A stretch of 64,000 nucleotides of DNA, taken from NCBI GenBank assembly GCA_036172245.1, contig JAYWIR010000115.1:1-64000 (forward strand), given 5' to 3'. Below, piece after piece: positions 59,270 to 64,000 of the stretch; within the stretch, counting starts at the first letter, position 1, and every line of letters begins with the position of its first letter. The notes under the pieces were generated by a model. That model was not told the origin of the DNA. It was given only the letters and a program-made list of their open reading frames with translations, and did no database searches. Source of the stretch: Raillietiella orientalis. Its lineage: Eukaryota. A program made the translations under genes and the position numbers.

Positions 59270-61243
59270 ATGTTCCGCCGCATCCGGGAACTTCAGCCAG
59301 TCCACTGGCAGATGCCACGCTTACGAGGGGGGGCCCTTGTCGCGCGGATGCACTTCGAACACGATTCGGCCAAGGTCCGACAGCTTGGACGGTAACTTGC
59401 CGCGCCTGCCCACGCGAGAGCATAGGTGCTGGTCAAGGTACACGTGATCGATGCTCCGTTCCATGTCCGTATCTCCGGCCAGCAAGTTCCACGTGCGCAT
59501 TTGCGCGCACAACTCGTTGTCGCGGTCGTTCAGTGTATCCGGCGCACCTGAAAGCAGGCGCAGGTTGAAATCACCTGCGATCAGGTGCGCTTTGCAAACA
59601 CTTGCTTCGATCAGCCAATCGCGTCCGAGGGCAAGGTAGAATTCCCTTCTTGCCTTCGCCCTCAACGCGTCCTTACCGCTAAGAGCGTACAGGTTGGTGA
59701 CTACCAGGTCGATTGAGTCGGACCAGCTGAGAGTCAGCTGACCGACGCGACCGACGTCATCAAACCGTACGTCCATTATTGCGGACTCGATGGCTGGTCG
59801 GAGCAGGAAGGCGACACCGCTAGATTTCGCGGTACCGCAGCGCCACATCAGCGGACCACCCGAGATCCGTTCGATCTCCCGGGCTTGATCTGCGGAGATC
59901 ACGTGGATCTCCTGCAGCAGTACCAGGTCGAAGGATGCCAGGGTGGCGGCCACGTTACGCCTCTTGCCGTCGTTGCTTAGCCCGTTGACGTTCCAGCAGG
60001 CGATCAGCAGACGACGACGGGAGGCGATTCCCGGCTTTATTGCTGGGAAGGTGACGTTGCACCACCTGCCGCGGGGCAGGTGTTCGGGATGTCCATGGGG
60101 ACGGAGGCCTCTTCAGGCACCAAAGGCACCTGTTCGGCCTCCACCCCCTCCATCTCCTCCGTGTCCGCGCGTAAGATTCTCTCGGGCTACGGGTCGCGTG
60201 AGTTTCCCACGCTCATCGCACCCTCGCAGCCGGAAGTTATCTCTTCCCCTTCGTCGGGGGAGACGATCTTCCGGGGCATTGTCGACTTTCGTCCTGCCTT
60301 TTTGCAGGGTGCCGAGGAGATGGATGCTGTGTTTCCGTCCTTCACCTCGGGGTCGGAAGTGGCCGACTCCTGAGGGGGAGCCGGACGTCTGACGGCCTTC
60401 TTGCCAGCCTTGGGAGCGGCCGGCTTCAACGAGGCAGCCAGTTCCTCCGCGGCGCGCTCGAAGGCGACGTCATCGAGCGTGGGCTCGATGACAGACGCCG
60501 CCGCCTCGCTTTCCTTCTTGTTGACTTTGTCAACGGATGGTTGAGCAGGGGCAGCAGCGAGTTCTTTAGCGCCGCATTCGTCGATGGCGGGAATCCGCTC
60601 TACGACGACGCAGCAGCTTTTGGTTTTTTCGCGGCGCGGAGCGGTTTCGCTCCGTTTCGCCACGTTCTTTTCCTTCTTAGGGGAGTTTTTCTTGGGATCG
60701 ACCTTCTTCCACCCTGGCTCTTGACCCTCGCCCTCGACCTTTTCGGCGTTTTTCGCCGGGGTTTCGGGGCTGGCCTTCGCGTTGGTGTCGGAGGTGACTT
60801 CCTTAGCAGCAGCACGAGCTGCCAGCTTCTTTCTTTTTTTAGCCGCGCGCTTTCTCGCGTTTTTTGCGGACACGACGCGGACTGTGTTTTGGGGGCACAG
60901 CAGACGGGTGTGCCCCGCTTGTTCACATTTGCTGGCACTGCACGCTCCGACACCTCATTTTAAAATGACCAAAGCTGCTGCAGCAGCCGCAAAAATTGGG
61001 TTTCCCCACGTAGCACACGTCAACGGATTCACCGTTGACGGTGAGTTTGTGGGGAAACTCACATCCCTCGCGAACCGTCTCTCGCGCTGCACCCAGGCCG
61101 CCAAGCACCTAGTCGTAATCAACAAAAGAAGTAGGCTTACCCCACAGCGCGTGGACAGTTGCAAATATTTCTAATTCGTTCTGGACGGCCTCCTTCTTCA
61201 TCCGGAACGTGATACCGGTCAGGTGAATGATCACCGACCGGTC
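59270..61243 (-). mobile_element. Subfamily B fragment (ORF1 from RRM region, EN)
   Basis: EN ORF 59321-59953 nearly identical to 37623-38366; ORF1 60187-60873 matches 25299-25597 + 36965 onward. Confidence 0.9.
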
Positions 61244-63932
61244 TTCAGTAATTGGGAGAAGCCTTCGGCGTTCGGGAGGAGGAGCTCCTTGTTATCATGC
61301 CTTCGGGTAGGATGGAATACACCAAGATACTTTATAAAAACGCGACACTTGTGCAGAGTCTTCTCCTTACTCCGTTGTCCATCGGTGGCAAGGAAGTCCT
61401 GCTTTCCGTGATGGACGACTCGTTTATCGTCCAATTGTGCGACATCGAGAGGGAAATCTTCGACCGTGATGTCGTAAGTGTGCTAACGAAGTTCGCCACC
61501 GTGCACGCTCTGTGGAGGAGGCCAAATCCTTGCAAGGATTTTCCCTCTGTCCACATTGGACAAGTCCCGCGCGGATCACCGTCGCGAACAGGCGTGTTGT
61601 GCCCAAGCAGCTTCAGGTGAACAGCACGGTCGTTCACAAGTGGTTTATAGGACAAACTCACGCGTGCGAGCAGTGCGGCAAGGAGGGACACGGAATGAAG
61701 GAATGTCCCACCCCGAAATGCCGCTATAGCAAAGAAACCGGGCACGAAATAAAAAAGTGCCTGGTTCTTGCAAAGAAAACGGCAGCAGCGGTAGTCCGTC
61801 GCGTTCAGGAAACCAACGCAGGAAAGGCCGCTGCCCCCAAGAAAAAACAGTGTCCGCGGAGTCTTGGCAAAAGAGCCAAGCAATACACAGCAACACAAAA
61901 GGCGTCCCCGCCCTCAACGCCCCAAAAGGGTGAAATCGCGGCATGGAAGCCAATTAAACAGGGGCGTGCCTGCCCTCGCTGCCGTACTGGGTAACACCTC
62001 GCCAATCCAGAAACAGGGAAATATCCGAAGAACCTCGGTTGAAAAAGTAGGTGAGCAAGAAGATCGCCATAAAGCGAGGACTTCCAGCTCAAACCCGCTA
62101 TCCCTTCCCAAACCGGCAAACCATCAATATAACGTAGGGCTCTCTACGGCGGCTACGAAACCCGTAGCAAGCGGCGGCGCGCCGCGCAAAAACATGCTGC
62201 ATGCAGCCGACCCTCCACGGACTCGGCAAGAGAGGAGCAATCTCCCGACTGCCAAGAAGGTGGCTCCGCTGCCACCTTTGAAAGGCGTGGCGAAAGCGAC
62301 GCCCCTAGAGGCGGCAGCGAAAACTCCGGAGGTTTCCGAGACGAACGTCCTGGAAGCGTTCGGAAATCGTGAAGGAGAATGGAAGGTTGTGGAGAGGAGA
62401 AAAGAAAAACCTTCCAAGAAGGCTTCGCAACCTCCATCCGTTAGCTCTTTGAAGGCGCAGAACAGCCTCTTAGACAAGAAAACACGCGCGGAGGAAAAAG
62501 CCAGCGCCGTCAACGCTTACAATTCCGCCTCTCTGAGCGCCGAGAAGACGATTCCGGTGCGATCGGAAGGATTCAAGGGTACGTCGATCGTGCGAGCATC
62601 AAACTCTGTAAAGGAGTCCGATAACGACGCTGAACGACGTGTTACTTGCGCGGGAGCGAGCGTCCGCAGGGCTGAAGCCCTGAGGCATGACACACTCGCC
62701 GCGGAACGCCGAGTGCTCGAACCGGAACCCACAGTTTCTGATCCCGGGGTGGTGGACTCGATAACGCGCAGCACGGTGAAGGCCGGTAGCGACCGCTCCC
62801 TCCAGCCCGTCGTGCTGCTTACTGCCCGCTCGCCGGGTGAGCCGAGCACCACGGCCTCGCTATCCCAGCCGTGATGAGGGCAATCGCGTCTTCTCGTCGT
62901 GTTGCGGTGGCGTGCTGGAACGGCAACGGTCTCCAACACGACAAGAAGAGGCGACTAGTAGCTAACGCTCTGCGCGCCTTCGACTTGACGCTCCTGCAGG
63001 AGATTCACAGCATCTCCGAAGAGCAGGCTGCCGAAATCGAACGTCGCGCGGGCGGAAGGCTACATTATAGGTGCGGCGTCGCACGTACGTGCGGCGTCGC
63101 TTTCGTTTTACGAAGAACTTCGGCGGGAGCGGTGCCCGGTGTTTGCTTCGATACGGAAGTCCGTGTGGGACAGCTTGAACTCAAGTGGTCCGACTCGATC
63201 GACCTTGTCGTAACGAACGTGTACGCGCTTAACGGTGCTGGATGATGGGCCGAAAGAATTGAGTTCTTCGGTACCGTTCAAAGCCAGTGGCTCACTCGAT
63301 CTCACCCTACTGTGGCCCATCTCATTGCGGGAGACTTTAACGTCCACCTGCTTTCCGAGAATAGCTTCCACAAAAGGGAAAAGTTTCTAGCGGAAGAGAT
63401 GTGCGCGGCCGTGCACGCGTCCAACTTTTTCGCTAGCGACCCTGTTCTGGCGACATCACCGGACCATGTATTCCTCGATGAATACTTGCTCTCTCGAGTG
63501 GGTCCGAGATGTTCCATGCCGTCCGTGCTTTCGGACCACATCAGGCACGAATTCGAGTTGCTCCCGCCAGGCAAGGGGCCTCCAAACTGTGTTTGGAGGA
63601 AGCCAGCAGACTGACTAAGTCACCCGGAGGCGGCGGAGCATCTTCGCCTGTACCTACGCGGCTTCGCCATAAGTGAGCTCGCTGACTGGGACGATCTGAA
63701 CAGATCGGTCCGCGAGTTTTGCTGCCAGTTTCCCTTGCACCAGCTCTCGCGCCGCTTCGGAGAAGGTGGAGGGAACAGCAGAAATTTTCTGCAGGCCCGC
63801 TCCTACTCCAGGCGCGCAGACGTTGGTCGATTATACGAGTACAAAGCCAAGGCTGAGCGCCAGGTCTGGCAGTCTGGAGCTACATTTCTGATCGACGACC
63901 AGGACCGGGAATGCTCGGCACCAGCCAATGTT
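61244..63932 (+). mobile_element. Subfamily C-type element, 5' half (ORF1, EN, linker to ECSAPANV)
   Basis: CEQCGKEGHGMKEC knuckle; TGATG junction 62872-62876; EN fragments 62871-63614. Confidence 0.9.
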
Positions 63933-64000
63933 TGTCACCCGGATATGCCGGGGCATTTACTATTCTAATTTTGTACAAAAATTAGATAATAAAGTCTTTA
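63933..64000 (-). mobile_element. 3' terminus of a subfamily A element, continues beyond the window
   Basis: Reverse complement nearly identical to 33810-33875 (AGTAAA + CCCGG-CATAT-CCGGG). Confidence 0.88.

Noticed and set aside
1..64000. Classical Tx1 targets (U2/other snRNA, tRNA, 5S rRNA, SL exon, microsatellite, telomere repeats)
   Set aside because: None recognised at any junction; all flanks are element sequence.

Overview
Eukaryotic genomic DNA dominated (about 85%) by a dense nest of L1/Tx1-clade non-LTR retrotransposons. Each has ORF1 (RRM-like region, two CCHC knuckles, low-complexity tail) and ORF2 (APE endonuclease, reverse transcriptase, C-terminal zf-RVT); unit length is about 5.5-5.8 kb. 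About 23 element segments from at least five ORF1 subfamilies (my labels A-E) lie at 1-8905 and 16980-64000, separated by an AT-richer, element-free interval of about 8 kb that may hold an unidentified spliced host gene or pseudogene. No copy has both ORFs intact. The main unexplained signal is that these elements insert into each other, nearly always antisense and repeatedly at the same codons of ORF2: the GFGEG linker motif (five junctions) and the ECSxxA(K/N)V motif (two junctions). This builds Russian-doll nests, one of which can be fully reconstructed, including a 10-bp TSD at its outer level. The copies end in a conserved AATAAA + GC hairpin with no real poly(A) tail. Their endonuclease appears to lack the usual specificity hairpin loop, and several subfamilies have no AUG at the ORF2 start. 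All coordinates were read by eye and junctions are accurate to a few nt. No rRNA, tRNA, snRNA or CRISPR features were recognised, and the host species cannot be determined from the sequence.
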